Source: Candidatus Hydrogenedens sp.
GTDB lineage: Bacteria > Hydrogenedentota > Hydrogenedentia > Hydrogenedentales > Hydrogenedentaceae
Direction of reading: 5' to 3'
Length of the DNA stretch: 64,000 nt
Assembly (NCBI GenBank): GCA_049968235.1
Contig: JBMFRC010000007.1
Coordinates: forward strand, 96,001 to 160,000
The notes below the pieces were generated by a model. That model did not search any database. It saw only the letters and a program-made list of their open reading frames with translations, and was not told the origin of the DNA. Within the stretch, counting starts at the first letter, position 1. Every line of letters starts with the position of its first letter. Position numbers and translations under genes: made by a program. Positions 19,440 through 29,067 of the stretch are shown here, piece by piece.

Positions 19440-21020
19440 ATGGCTACATCTCTATCAACGCCACCCATAGTAGAAGTTAAAAATCCAAAAACGGGTGAAC
19501 TGCTATATTCCTTTCAGGAAATTACCGAATTTGATGTCGAAAAAATGTATGACACAGCAAAAAAAGCATTTGCAGTTATTCGTTCCATGTCGGTTCGAGA
19601 TCGACTTAATGAACTGGATAAAATTAAACAATACATCATCAAACATAGAGAAGAAATCGCCGAATTTATAACCCGTGAAACGGGCAAATGTATAACAGAT
19701 GCACTACTTCTCGAAGTTTTTCCTTCTGTAGACCAGATTGACTATTATCAGAAATACGCAGAGAGAATCCTTCGTGACCAAAAAGTCCCAACTCCTCTGT
19801 TACTCATAGGTAAGAAATCAAAAGTTGTTTATGACCCCTTAGGTATTATTCTTATAATTTCCCCATGGAATTATCCCTTTCATCTTTCATTTGTTCCCTT
19901 CGTTTGTGCTTTCACGGCAGGAAATGCGGTAATAATAAAACCTTCGCGTATCACTCCTCTAAAAGGACTTTATGAAAGAATTATTGAAGAATCAGGCTTT
20001 ATGAAAGGAGCCTTACAAATCGCCTACGCAAGTCGTAAAACCGCCAATCTGCTCATTGAAAAGAAACCCGATAAAATCCATTTCACAGGTAGTGTCGATG
20101 TCGGTAAAATCATTATGAAACAATCCGCAGAACACCTTATTCCCGTTGAATTAGAATTAGGCGGAAAAGACCCTATGATTGTATTTGAAGATGTAAACTT
20201 AGAAAGAACAGTAACCGGCGCCATCTGGGGAAGTTTTACCAACTGTGGACAAACTTGCACTTCTGTCGAACGCATATTTGTTCAGGAAAAAATATTTGAA
20301 CCCTTTGTGAACTTAATGGTCGAAAAAGTGAAAAAGTTAAGAACTCTTGCAAATACTCCAAATCCATCTGACGAAAAGGAATTGGATGTCGGATGTATGA
20401 CCGCTAACTTCCAGATTGAAGAAATTGAATCCCAACTCGAAGAAGCAAAACAAAAAGGAGCAAAAATCCTTTGTGGAGGAGAAAGACAAAAGGGAAGTCA
20501 CGCTTTCCCACCTACCATCATTACAAATGTAGGTAGAGATTATCGCATACAATACCATGAATCCTTTGGACCGGTTGTTACAATTACCCCATTCAAAACA
20601 GAAGAAGAAGTCATTCAAATGGCAAACGACTCTCCCTATGGTCTTTCCGCAAGTGTCTGGTCTGCAGATAAAAAACGCGCAGAGCGCGTTGCACGACAAA
20701 TTGTAACCGGAAATGTCTCTATCAACAATGTCCTTGCTACTCAAGCAAATTCTGCATTGCCTTTCGGCGGTATTAAAGAAAGTGGCTTCGGAAGGTACCG
20801 GGGTGCACAGGGATTACATGCTTTCTCTAACATCAAAAGTATTTTAATAGACCATCAATGGAACCGTATGGAAGCCTATTGGCATCCCTATTCCCGCAAA
20901 AAATTTGAACTGTTCTCTCAGGTCTTTGAAAGTGTATTCAAACGCGGAATACTACCTTTTCTTAAAACTGCATGGATTGGATTAAAATTAGAATTACTAG
21001 CACGAAAAGAGCGACTCTGA
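19440..21020 (+). CDS. aldehyde dehydrogenase family protein
   Basis: 'ELGGKDP', 'GQTCTSVERIFV' (catalytic Cys) and 'FGGIKESGFGR' ALDH motifs. Confidence 0.85.
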   Translation: MATSLSTPPIVEVKNPKTGELLYSFQEITEFDVEKMYDTAKKAFAVIRSMSVRDRLNELDKIKQYIIKHREEIAEFITRETGKCITDALLLEVFPSVDQIDYYQKYAERILRDQKVPTPLLLIGKKSKVVYDPLGIILIISPWNYPFHLSFVPFVCAFTAGNAVIIKPSRITPLKGLYERIIEESGFMKGALQIAYASRKTANLLIEKKPDKIHFTGSVDVGKIIMKQSAEHLIPVELELGGKDPMIVFEDVNLERTVTGAIWGSFTNCGQTCTSVERIFVQEKIFEPFVNLMVEKVKKLRTLANTPNPSDEKELDVGCMTANFQIEEIESQLEEAKQKGAKILCGGERQKGSHAFPPTIITNVGRDYRIQYHESFGPVVTITPFKTEEEVIQMANDSPYGLSASVWSADKKRAERVARQIVTGNVSINNVLATQANSALPFGGIKESGFGRYRGAQGLHAFSNIKSILIDHQWNRMEAYWHPYSRKKFELFSQVFESVFKRGILPFLKTAWIGLKLELLARKERL

Positions 21021-21038
21021 TAACTTTGAGATAATAAT

Positions 21039-21380
21039 ATGATTGAAATGACTAAAAAGGAAGAATTTGATAGTTTATTAAAAAATTCAAACGATATAAT
21101 TTTAATCATCTTCAAACATAGTAACCGTTGTCCTATCTCATGGAATGCCAAAAAAGAAATCGATACTTTTCTTGAAAAATATACAGAATACAATAACAAT
21201 ACCTATCTCATTAATGTCATTGATTCACGTCCTCTATCAAATTATATCGCTGAAACACTTCATGTAGAACATCAATCACCACAAATTATTATCCTGAAAA
21301 ATGGCGCCGTTGTGAAGCATATCTCTCATTTAACCATAACTGAAAAAAATCTAGAAAATATCCTCCAACCCTTAAAATAA
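21039..21380 (+). CDS. YtxJ/DUF2847-like monothiol thioredoxin-fold protein
   Basis: 'FKHSNRCPISW' matches the T/R-C-P-I-S motif of YtxJ. About 110 aa. Confidence 0.55.
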   Translation: MIEMTKKEEFDSLLKNSNDIILIIFKHSNRCPISWNAKKEIDTFLEKYTEYNNNTYLINVIDSRPLSNYIAETLHVEHQSPQIIILKNGAVVKHISHLTITEKNLENILQPLK

Positions 21381-21456
21381 TCAAAAAATTTTTTGATTAT
21401 TTATTTCCATTTACTTATTATATATAGTATTATATACACAATATAAATACTATATA

Positions 21457-23268
21457 ATGTATTTTTCATTTATTAAAAATTTATGTTTGGAGGAAAGAAA
21501 AGTGCGAATTGGAAATCGTTCAAGACTCTTCTGGACACAAGGAAAGTCTATCTTTAATAAAAAAAATTCCCCTGATTCTTTAGATGATTCCGTAAAAAAT
21601 GAAGAGAAAGAGGCTCTGTTATCAAAAACAGATGTAGATAACAAAGAAGAAATAATCGAAACAACAAACCACGATGTAGATGCAATTGAATTTGGAAAAA
21701 AAATTTCTCCGTTATTAACAAACCTTAGAAAAGTTATTGAAGAAGGAAAATTATTTCCGAACTCTCGTGAATGGGTTGATTCTGCATTACCTATATTAGG
21801 TAATTGTATCGAAGTCGCCTCTCAAAATAGACGAAAAGATTTAGAGCAATTATTTGTAGATATTGCGAGAATTATTTATTCCTCGGATAGGGTTGGAAAA
21901 TCCCATCTTTCTATCGAACCATCTCTTGAATTATATTCCCTTTTATGCTGTGTTGTTGCTGACTATATGCGAGGAAAAACCAACAAACTTACCTTTGAAC
22001 AATGGACAAAGTCCTATCAGAAAGTTGCAACCGATTTTGTTAATTCAGGCATCCGTCTAGTAACTGATAATGAGGAACCTATAACAATCTCTGTATCAGA
22101 AACAGAAAATACCTATTCTTCTTTAGAAGATATATCTGCTCCCACATCTGTGGACCATACCCCATCTCAAGACATCCTTCCCTCAGTGGAAGAAATTCCT
22201 CCTCCCTTACCTGAAGTCGAAAACATAGAAATATCTCATACAGATAATCTAACAGAAGAAAAAAAATACGTCAAAAATACCACAGAAAGAACAGACAATA
22301 ATGACCCAATATTACAGGATAGTTCATCTTCATACACAGTTAAAACCTTATATTCAGAAACAATAGAAGAAACTCCTCCAGATACAAATCCATCACCAGA
22401 AACAAATGAAATTATAATTGAAAATAATGTCTCAATTACTAATATGGAAGAAGAAAATCCACAGGAACCTGAACCCATTATATCTACAACAGAACAACCC
22501 CCTGATATTGACATTTCAACTTTCCTCCAGCAAATCAGCCAATTACCTCAAAACGAAGTGAAGGAAATTTTATTAGATACATTAAAAGCTATTGTCAATG
22601 GAACACCAGAAACCGCAAAAACAAAAGCCATCGAACTTGCCCGAGAAATGGCAAAATTAGAAGTTGAAAAAGTAAAAACTGAGTATCGAGGGACAGAATA
22701 TCAGATAGAAAGTTTAAGTTCAGAGATACACCAGGTTGAAGAACAACTTAATATTTGTCAGAATGAAATCAAAACAATAGAAGAAGAATTAAAAGAACAA
22801 CAATCTATCATTCAAAAAACAGAGAAAGAAAAAAACACTTTAGAAAGGCATATTGAAAATACTCAAAACAAAATTGCAGATATCGAAAAAAGAATTTTAG
22901 AACTTCAACAACAAAAAGAAACAGAACTTACAAATCTAAACCAATACAATGAGCAACTTTCCACTACCGAAAAAAATATTGAATATCTCAATCAGTCCAT
23001 ATCCTCTCTCAAAGAATCTATTAGCGATTTTGAAAATCAAGCTATGACTCTACTCAAAAGAATGGATTCGCTTGAACTAACCAAATCTCAGAAAGAAACA
23101 CAGTTGGAACAACTCCAAAAACAGATAAAAGAAAGAGAATCTACAGTCCGCCGATTAGAAGAAACTTTATGGTTTCTCCAATCAGCAGAAAACAAATCCA
23201 TAAAGAATAACCCATCAAATCATCTAAATACACAAAACACCATAGACCTCTTTGACGGGAAGGTATAA
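21457..23268 (+). CDS. coiled-coil protein with an acidic S/T/P/E-rich linker and a ~230-aa C-terminal coiled coil
   Basis: C-terminal heptad-rich segment 'EYQIESLSSEIHQVEEQLNICQNEIKTIEEELKEQQ...'. The middle is low-complexity. The stop overlaps the upstream region of the next gene. Confidence 0.6.
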   Translation: MYFSFIKNLCLEERKVRIGNRSRLFWTQGKSIFNKKNSPDSLDDSVKNEEKEALLSKTDVDNKEEIIETTNHDVDAIEFGKKISPLLTNLRKVIEEGKLFPNSREWVDSALPILGNCIEVASQNRRKDLEQLFVDIARIIYSSDRVGKSHLSIEPSLELYSLLCCVVADYMRGKTNKLTFEQWTKSYQKVATDFVNSGIRLVTDNEEPITISVSETENTYSSLEDISAPTSVDHTPSQDILPSVEEIPPPLPEVENIEISHTDNLTEEKKYVKNTTERTDNNDPILQDSSSSYTVKTLYSETIEETPPDTNPSPETNEIIIENNVSITNMEEENPQEPEPIISTTEQPPDIDISTFLQQISQLPQNEVKEILLDTLKAIVNGTPETAKTKAIELAREMAKLEVEKVKTEYRGTEYQIESLSSEIHQVEEQLNICQNEIKTIEEELKEQQSIIQKTEKEKNTLERHIENTQNKIADIEKRILELQQQKETELTNLNQYNEQLSTTEKNIEYLNQSISSLKESISDFENQAMTLLKRMDSLELTKSQKETQLEQLQKQIKERESTVRRLEETLWFLQSAENKSIKNNPSNHLNTQNTIDLFDGKV

Positions 23269-23272
23269 AGCC

Positions 23273-24625
23273 TTGTTTAACAAAAGAATACAAATCATCG
23301 CCATAGATTTTGGTTCAAATAATATACGCGTTCTCATCGGAGAACAAACAAAAGATGGCAACATCTCCATTATTGGACATGGAACAGCCCCTTCCTCAGG
23401 CGCTATATCCAGGGGGCTAATACAAGAAATGGACTCCGCACGTCATGCCCTTCACGAAGCATTATCTATGGCTCAACAAAAAACTTACTCCATTTCGCCC
23501 AAATTAATTGCTATCGGCATTAATACGCCCCGTGCTGAAACATACACAAAAGAAGGCACTCTGGACCTGAAAAATGAAGAAATTTCTTTTGAACACCTCC
23601 AAAAGGTATTTACCATTGCTCAACAACAAGTTCCCAAATCTGATAAAGACCTATTAAACTCTCTTTACTCCTTCGAATGGTATATTGACAATTTTTTAGT
23701 GAAATATCCCTTAGGAATGAAAGCAGAACAACTTAAAATTCGTGTCCACTTTACCATTATCCCCAAAGTCATCATTGAGAACTTAAAATCTTGCGCAGAC
23801 AGTGAATTACATCCTTCCTATTCCGTCATGGAATATTTCGTATATAATCCCATTGCAACTGCTATAGGTTCATTAACTCCCGAAGAAATGGAGTTAGGAA
23901 CTTTACTGATAGATATCGGAAAAACTACAACAAACCTCACCCTGTTTTCAGGACATAAACTCATATATGCATCTACTTTCGATTTCGGAACCATATTCAT
24001 ATCGAGAGATGTTTCTTCTGTATTTAAAATAGACTTCGAGGAAGCACACAAACTCATCTGCGATTACGGGATTTCCGAAGAACTGATTAACAAATATATA
24101 AAATCAAATCTACCTATTGGGAACATTCCCCTCTCCCCTTCTTTAATCTCAAATGAACTAAGGGGAAAACCCATCTCCCTTCAAACTGTTTTAGATGGTT
24201 TTAATAAAAATGTATCCAAAATCGAACTGGAAGGCGTTATTTTCGCCCGTGTTCAAGAAATGATTACAACCTTAAAAAAAGAAATTGAAAAAAAAGATTT
24301 GACACAATCTTTACTTCGGGGTATTGTTCTCGCAGGGGGTGGTGCTAATTTGCAAAATATGAATATCCTCATAGAAAAAATATTTAACACACCTGTGCGA
24401 ATAGCAAAACCTCAATATGCCATCCCTAATATACCTCAATCTATTAATAACCCGGAATTTGCCACTGTTGTAGGAATACTTCGCGATGGGTTTTCTTATT
24501 ACCACGCAAACAAAAAAAGACAGGTATTCCAGAATAAAAAAATCATTAGTCAACTATGGATTACTTTAATTTCACCCTTCAAAAAACAAAAAGGGGCTAA
24601 AACGACTTCTACAAAATCGAATTAG
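23273..24625 (+). CDS. FtsA-like actin-family ATPase (TTG start)
   Basis: 'IIAIDFGSNNIRVLIGE...IIGHGTAPSSGAISRGLI' matches the FtsA phosphate-1 region, and 'LAGGGANLQNMNILIEKIFNTPVRIAKP' the adenosine motif. A GGGAAGG RBS lies 9 nt before TTG 23273. The C-terminal amphipathic segment resembles the FtsA membrane-targeting helix. Confidence 0.65.
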   Translation: MFNKRIQIIAIDFGSNNIRVLIGEQTKDGNISIIGHGTAPSSGAISRGLIQEMDSARHALHEALSMAQQKTYSISPKLIAIGINTPRAETYTKEGTLDLKNEEISFEHLQKVFTIAQQQVPKSDKDLLNSLYSFEWYIDNFLVKYPLGMKAEQLKIRVHFTIIPKVIIENLKSCADSELHPSYSVMEYFVYNPIATAIGSLTPEEMELGTLLIDIGKTTTNLTLFSGHKLIYASTFDFGTIFISRDVSSVFKIDFEEAHKLICDYGISEELINKYIKSNLPIGNIPLSPSLISNELRGKPISLQTVLDGFNKNVSKIELEGVIFARVQEMITTLKKEIEKKDLTQSLLRGIVLAGGGANLQNMNILIEKIFNTPVRIAKPQYAIPNIPQSINNPEFATVVGILRDGFSYYHANKKRQVFQNKKIISQLWITLISPFKKQKGAKTTSTKSN

Positions 24626-24777
24626 CCCTACGGGGAACAGAAGAAAAAGGAATTTAAAAATAAGACTTACATTCTCTTTTTTAAGTTTCATCCATTGGAT
24701 AAAAAACTTAATAAAGATTTAAAATAACTACAATTTTTTATTTATCTTTTTCGCTGTAAATATCACAGGAGCAAAAA

Positions 24778-26220
24778 ATGACAAAAAAAACTATTGAACC
24801 TCGTTTACTCAAAGGTTTTCAAGACCACCTACCACCAAAAAGTAAAATTCGACAGGAGATAAAAGAAAAAATTATTTCCGTCTATGAAAAATATGGTTTT
24901 GCATTCATCGAAACACCCGCAATTGAATTGAAAGAAATCTTACTCGGTCCCGGAGGAGAAAATATCAATAAAGAAATTTTCTTCTTAGAAACACCCGAAG
25001 GGGAACAATCCTGTCTTCGATTTGACCATACAGTTCCCTTTGCCCGCGTCATTGCCCAATATCCTGAAAAAATAAAAATCCCTTTCCGTAGATACACCAT
25101 TGGGTCTGTATGGCGTGCCGATAAACCCGGTGTGGGGAGATACCGTGAATTCGTCCAGATGGATATTGATATTGCCGGAACACCTAACACCGCTGCTGAT
25201 GCAGAAATCATTGCCATCATGGTAGAAGTTATGAAAATCCTCGGATTTAATAATTTTCAATCACAAATCAACAATAGAAAATTAATTGACGCTCTATTAA
25301 TACAAAATGGTATTAAAGATATAGATACACAAAAACACATCCTGCGAGTTATTGATAAACTGCAAAAAATAGGTATCGATAATATTCGTAAAGAACTCGG
25401 AGAAGGTCGTATAGATGATTCCGGTGACCCTATCAAAGGCGTCGGATTACCGAATAGTATTATTGAAAAAATTATTAGTTTCATAACTATAACCGGCAAA
25501 ACACGCAAAGAAACTATTCAGAATATCAAACAATACTTATCAGACCAAACAGAATCTCAACAGGCAATCTTTACTATGGAAGAACTTGACCAATATCTAT
25601 CCGCTCTTGATATATCTGATACGGAAGCATCCTTTTCCACTTCACTTACCCGAGGACTGGACTACTATTCCGGACCTGTTTTTGAAATGATACTCAAAAA
25701 TGCTCCTCATATCGGCTCGGTTATGGGCGGTGGAAGGTATGACGGACTCATTTCACGATTTACAGACAAAACTATCCCCTGCACAGGAATGTCAATCGGT
25801 ATAGATAGACTTATAAATGCTATGGAAGAATTAAAACTAATAGATACACAAAAACCAATATATGATGTCATTATTACTCGAGTAGGAAAAGTTCCTATAA
25901 CGGAAGCACTTTCTATAGCAAAAGAATTGCGCAATCACGATTTAAAGGTCAGCGTCTATCTCGGGAAAAAAACAAAAGAAACTTTAGGCGAACAATTATC
26001 ACATGCAGACCACTACAACATACCCATTGCTGTTATATTGGGTGAAGATGAACTCAAAAAAGGGGAAATCTGTGTAAAAGATTTATACTATGGAGAAAAA
26101 GCTCGTAAGGATATAAAAGATAGAAATCAATACCGTGAAGCAGGAACAGTAAGTCAGGTTACTATCTCACGGGAAAAATTGGTAGAAACAATCTTTTCAT
26201 TTCTCAATAAAAATTATTGA
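24778..26220 (+). CDS. hisS: histidine--tRNA ligase (class II)
   Basis: Motif 2 'RYTIGSVWRADKPGVGRYREFVQMDIDIAG', motif 3 'GGGRYDGL...GMSIGIDRL', and a C-terminal anticodon-binding domain. Confidence 0.75.
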   Translation: MTKKTIEPRLLKGFQDHLPPKSKIRQEIKEKIISVYEKYGFAFIETPAIELKEILLGPGGENINKEIFFLETPEGEQSCLRFDHTVPFARVIAQYPEKIKIPFRRYTIGSVWRADKPGVGRYREFVQMDIDIAGTPNTAADAEIIAIMVEVMKILGFNNFQSQINNRKLIDALLIQNGIKDIDTQKHILRVIDKLQKIGIDNIRKELGEGRIDDSGDPIKGVGLPNSIIEKIISFITITGKTRKETIQNIKQYLSDQTESQQAIFTMEELDQYLSALDISDTEASFSTSLTRGLDYYSGPVFEMILKNAPHIGSVMGGGRYDGLISRFTDKTIPCTGMSIGIDRLINAMEELKLIDTQKPIYDVIITRVGKVPITEALSIAKELRNHDLKVSVYLGKKTKETLGEQLSHADHYNIPIAVILGEDELKKGEICVKDLYYGEKARKDIKDRNQYREAGTVSQVTISREKLVETIFSFLNKNY

Positions 26221-26687
26221 GGGTCACCAATTACAGGGTCATTATTTGATGGTAATTGACTCTCATTGTAGCGAATAATTCCTGTATGGTCTATACGGAA
26301 ATACCTATTCCCCGAATAACCTATTGTCTGAGGTGAAGCATAACATATAAACTGGACATTTGTTACTTGTGGCATAGAATATACATACCCCTGACGGATA
26401 CAGCCTTCACCCCATGATTCATCCAAATACCGCGTCGTCAGATTGGGAGATGAATTTACAAGGCTGTTAAAATCACCATAAGTATTATTTGCAGAATGAT
26501 ATGACACCTGTGCAGTACAAATAGCCCTTAAATTCCAGATAGTAGATGCCTCATTAGAATGAATTCGTGAACGTATTAATGTCGGAATAGTTATCGCAGA
26601 TATTATTGCGATTACTGCTACTACTACCATCATCTCTATAAGTGTAAACCCTTTTTGCCTTGTTCTCCACTGACGCCATTTATTCAT
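26214..26687 (-). CDS. type IV pilin / pseudopilin (prepilin N-terminal methylation domain)
   Basis: 'QKGFTLIEMMVVVAVIAIISAI'. An AAAGGA RBS is present. Confidence 0.75.
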   Translation of the reverse strand: MNKWRQWRTRQKGFTLIEMMVVVAVIAIISAITIPTLIRSRIHSNEASTIWNLRAICTAQVSYHSANNTYGDFNSLVNSSPNLTTRYLDESWGEGCIRQGYVYSMPQVTNVQFICYASPQTIGYSGNRYFRIDHTGIIRYNESQLPSNNDPVIGDPQ

Positions 26688-26715
26688 CGTTCACATCCTT
26701 TGTTATTTTAGAATG

Positions 26716-26761
26716 TAAAACAAAAAGGCATGATGGCGGTCACCGGGTTCCGCCATCATGC
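26716..26761 (-). terminator. intrinsic terminator/attenuator between the two pilin genes
   Basis: 12-bp GC-rich inverted repeat GCATGATGGCGG..CCGCCATCATGC, followed on the minus strand by CUUUUUGUUUU. Confidence 0.6.
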
Positions 26762-26812
26762 ACTCAGCACCAACACAACCCACTGATTAGCGGGTTAATG
26801 GCTAAACTACGA

Positions 26813-27244
26813 TTATTGTTCTCCGATGGGCGGGTCACCAGCGCCAGCCTGTCCACCTGTATTGAAGCGGATTACACCACTGGCATCTGTGTAGAAATAA
26901 CGATTACCACTTACACCAACTTCACTCGGGTCTGCATTGCAGGTAAAGTTATTTGGTCCCGGAGAAGCCAGAGTAAATGTATAACCTTGCTTAATACCAG
27001 CCCAGTTTCCTTCTAAGAATGGAGGGGTTGCCCCTGTTAGGTCTGCAAAATCACCCGTATAAGAACCATTTGCAGAGTTATAGGCAACTTCAGCACCAAC
27101 AATGGCTTTTAAGTTGCTGATTGCAGCAGATTCATTGGACTGCAATCTGGAACGAAGCAGGTTGGGAATCGCAATTGCTGCGATAATAGCGATGATTGCT
27201 ACCACAATCATCAATTCAATGAGTGTGAAACCTTTATTTTTCAT
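26813..27244 (-). CDS. type IV major pilin (PilA-like)
   Basis: '[30 protein letters not shown]'. Strong AAGGAG RBS, 143 aa. Confidence 0.8.
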   Translation of the reverse strand: MKNKGFTLIELMIVVAIIAIIAAIAIPNLLRSRLQSNESAAISNLKAIVGAEVAYNSANGSYTGDFADLTGATPPFLEGNWAGIKQGYTFTLASPGPNNFTCNADPSEVGVSGNRYFYTDASGVIRFNTGGQAGAGDPPIGEQ

Positions 27245-27519
27245 ACTACATCTCCTTGTTAGGTTTTTAGTTTAGTTAAACTCCTACCTTGACACCCGGT
27301 TATCAAGGCACTTTATTAAATTGTTGTTGATTTATTTATAACAAATATCATGCCAATATAATTAAAAAAGAAAAATCACAACAAAATATTCATAAGTATC
27401 TATACATCAAATATATATTAAGAATATAACAGTTGTTATCATTTTTCTTATGAGAAGATATAAATAAATTAGTGACAAAAATTGTCATTTGAAGACAAAA
27501 TTGGTCTATTTTTATTATC

Positions 27520-29013
27520 TTATTTCCCTCGCCAAAAAGAAGGAAAAAACAAAACCAGTATTGAATATATCTCTAATCGCCCCATCAGCATCAACATACA
27601 TAACACCCCTTTACCTAAAATTGGAATCGTAGAAAAATCTTCGACACCCCCAACATATTCTAACCCTGGACCACAACCATTTAATGCTGCAGCAACAGAA
27701 GATATTGAAGTTACTATCGGTAACCCAATCCAACATAAAATAAGACTACCTATAATAAAAACCGTTACATACAAAGCAAAATAACTCAATACAGATTTTT
27801 GAACGACATCATCTATTGCCTGCTCTCCCAAATGAATCGCCCTTATTACTCGTGGTTGAAAAATAAATTGTATCCTATTTATTAAAAACTTAAATAAAAT
27901 AACTACACGAATTATTTTTAATCCTCCGGATGTTGACCCGGCGGAACCACCCATTATCATTAATATCACGAGAGACCATCTTGCGAAATGAGGCCATAAG
28001 TCATAATCTTCCGTAACAAAACCCGTATCTGTCATTAGGGAAGTAACTGTAAAAGCCACACTCCTAAGGGCTTTTCCAAAAGAGTACTGCACAAATTCAC
28101 TTTTGTCCAAAGAGAAAGTCCCATGATACCCCATTACACAAATAGTTAAAAATACAATAGAGAAAAACCAGATAGATATATAAGCCCGCCATTCTATATT
28201 TTGGAAGAAAGCCCGAACATTCCTCTGATAAAGAAGAAAGAACAATCCAAAGTTTGTTCCTGCACAAAGCATAAAAACGATAGTGATTATTTCTATGGGT
28301 AAACTACGGTAGGCACCAATACTCATCTGCCGTGTCGAAAATCCTCCACTGGCTAATGTTGCAAAGGCATGACATATTGCATCAAAAAAACTCATTCCAA
28401 ATAGCATTAAAAGAATACATTGAATAGCTGTTAATGATATATATACCATCAACAACTGTTTCAAAGTCTCCTTTACCCGGGGTCTAATAAATTTCACATC
28501 AGGCGCAAACGATTCTGATTTCAGAAGCAAACGACCTCCTGCACCTAAGTAAGGAAGCACCGCAATAAACATAACCACAATTCCCATACCACCTAAAAAA
28601 TGCGTAAATGCTCGCCAAAAAAGCAATGTTTTCGGAAAGGCCTCTATATCTCTCACTACTGTCGAACCTGTTGTCGTAAATCCGGATACAGACTCAAAAA
28701 TAGCATCCATTAAAGAAAGATGCCCAGACAAATAAAATGGGAAAGAGCCAAAAAAAGTAATCAATACCCATCCCAATCCCACAAGGGCTAATGATTCTTT
28801 AATTAAAAAACTATCCTCCTCCACTTTACTCCTTTGAAAAGTAGATACAATTCCTAACACACCGGTTAATATTACATACATAAAAGATTCTAAAATAGAA
28901 GGAATGATACTTGTTTCATGATAGGCTATAGCAGGCACCAACAATAATAAAAATATAAGGGCATACCCAATTAAAAGCCTTCCCAAATAATTAATCAATT
29001 GAAAATAATTCAT
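27520..29013 (-). CDS. trkH: TrkH/KtrB-family K+ transporter
   Basis: Multi-pass membrane protein with repeated 'GFTTTG'-type selectivity-filter-like loops. Confidence 0.8.
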   Translation of the reverse strand: MNYFQLINYLGRLLIGYALIFLLLLVPAIAYHETSIIPSILESFMYVILTGVLGIVSTFQRSKVEEDSFLIKESLALVGLGWVLITFFGSFPFYLSGHLSLMDAIFESVSGFTTTGSTVVRDIEAFPKTLLFWRAFTHFLGGMGIVVMFIAVLPYLGAGGRLLLKSESFAPDVKFIRPRVKETLKQLLMVYISLTAIQCILLMLFGMSFFDAICHAFATLASGGFSTRQMSIGAYRSLPIEIITIVFMLCAGTNFGLFFLLYQRNVRAFFQNIEWRAYISIWFFSIVFLTICVMGYHGTFSLDKSEFVQYSFGKALRSVAFTVTSLMTDTGFVTEDYDLWPHFARWSLVILMIMGGSAGSTSGGLKIIRVVILFKFLINRIQFIFQPRVIRAIHLGEQAIDDVVQKSVLSYFALYVTVFIIGSLILCWIGLPIVTSISSVAAALNGCGPGLEYVGGVEDFSTIPILGKGVLCMLMLMGRLEIYSILVLFFPSFWRGK

Positions 29014-29067
29014 TGTGAATTACCATTTTTACACAATTTTTCAATTCCCTATTAAACAAGGTATTTA

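Noticed and set aside
24882-25934. Several minus-strand ORFs inside hisS
   Set aside because: Antisense shadows of a confident hisS.
27245-27480. Sigma-54 (-24/-12) promoter upstream of the pilin gene
   Set aside because: The GGCAC...TTG elements found are on the wrong strand and have 9-nt rather than 4-5-nt spacing.
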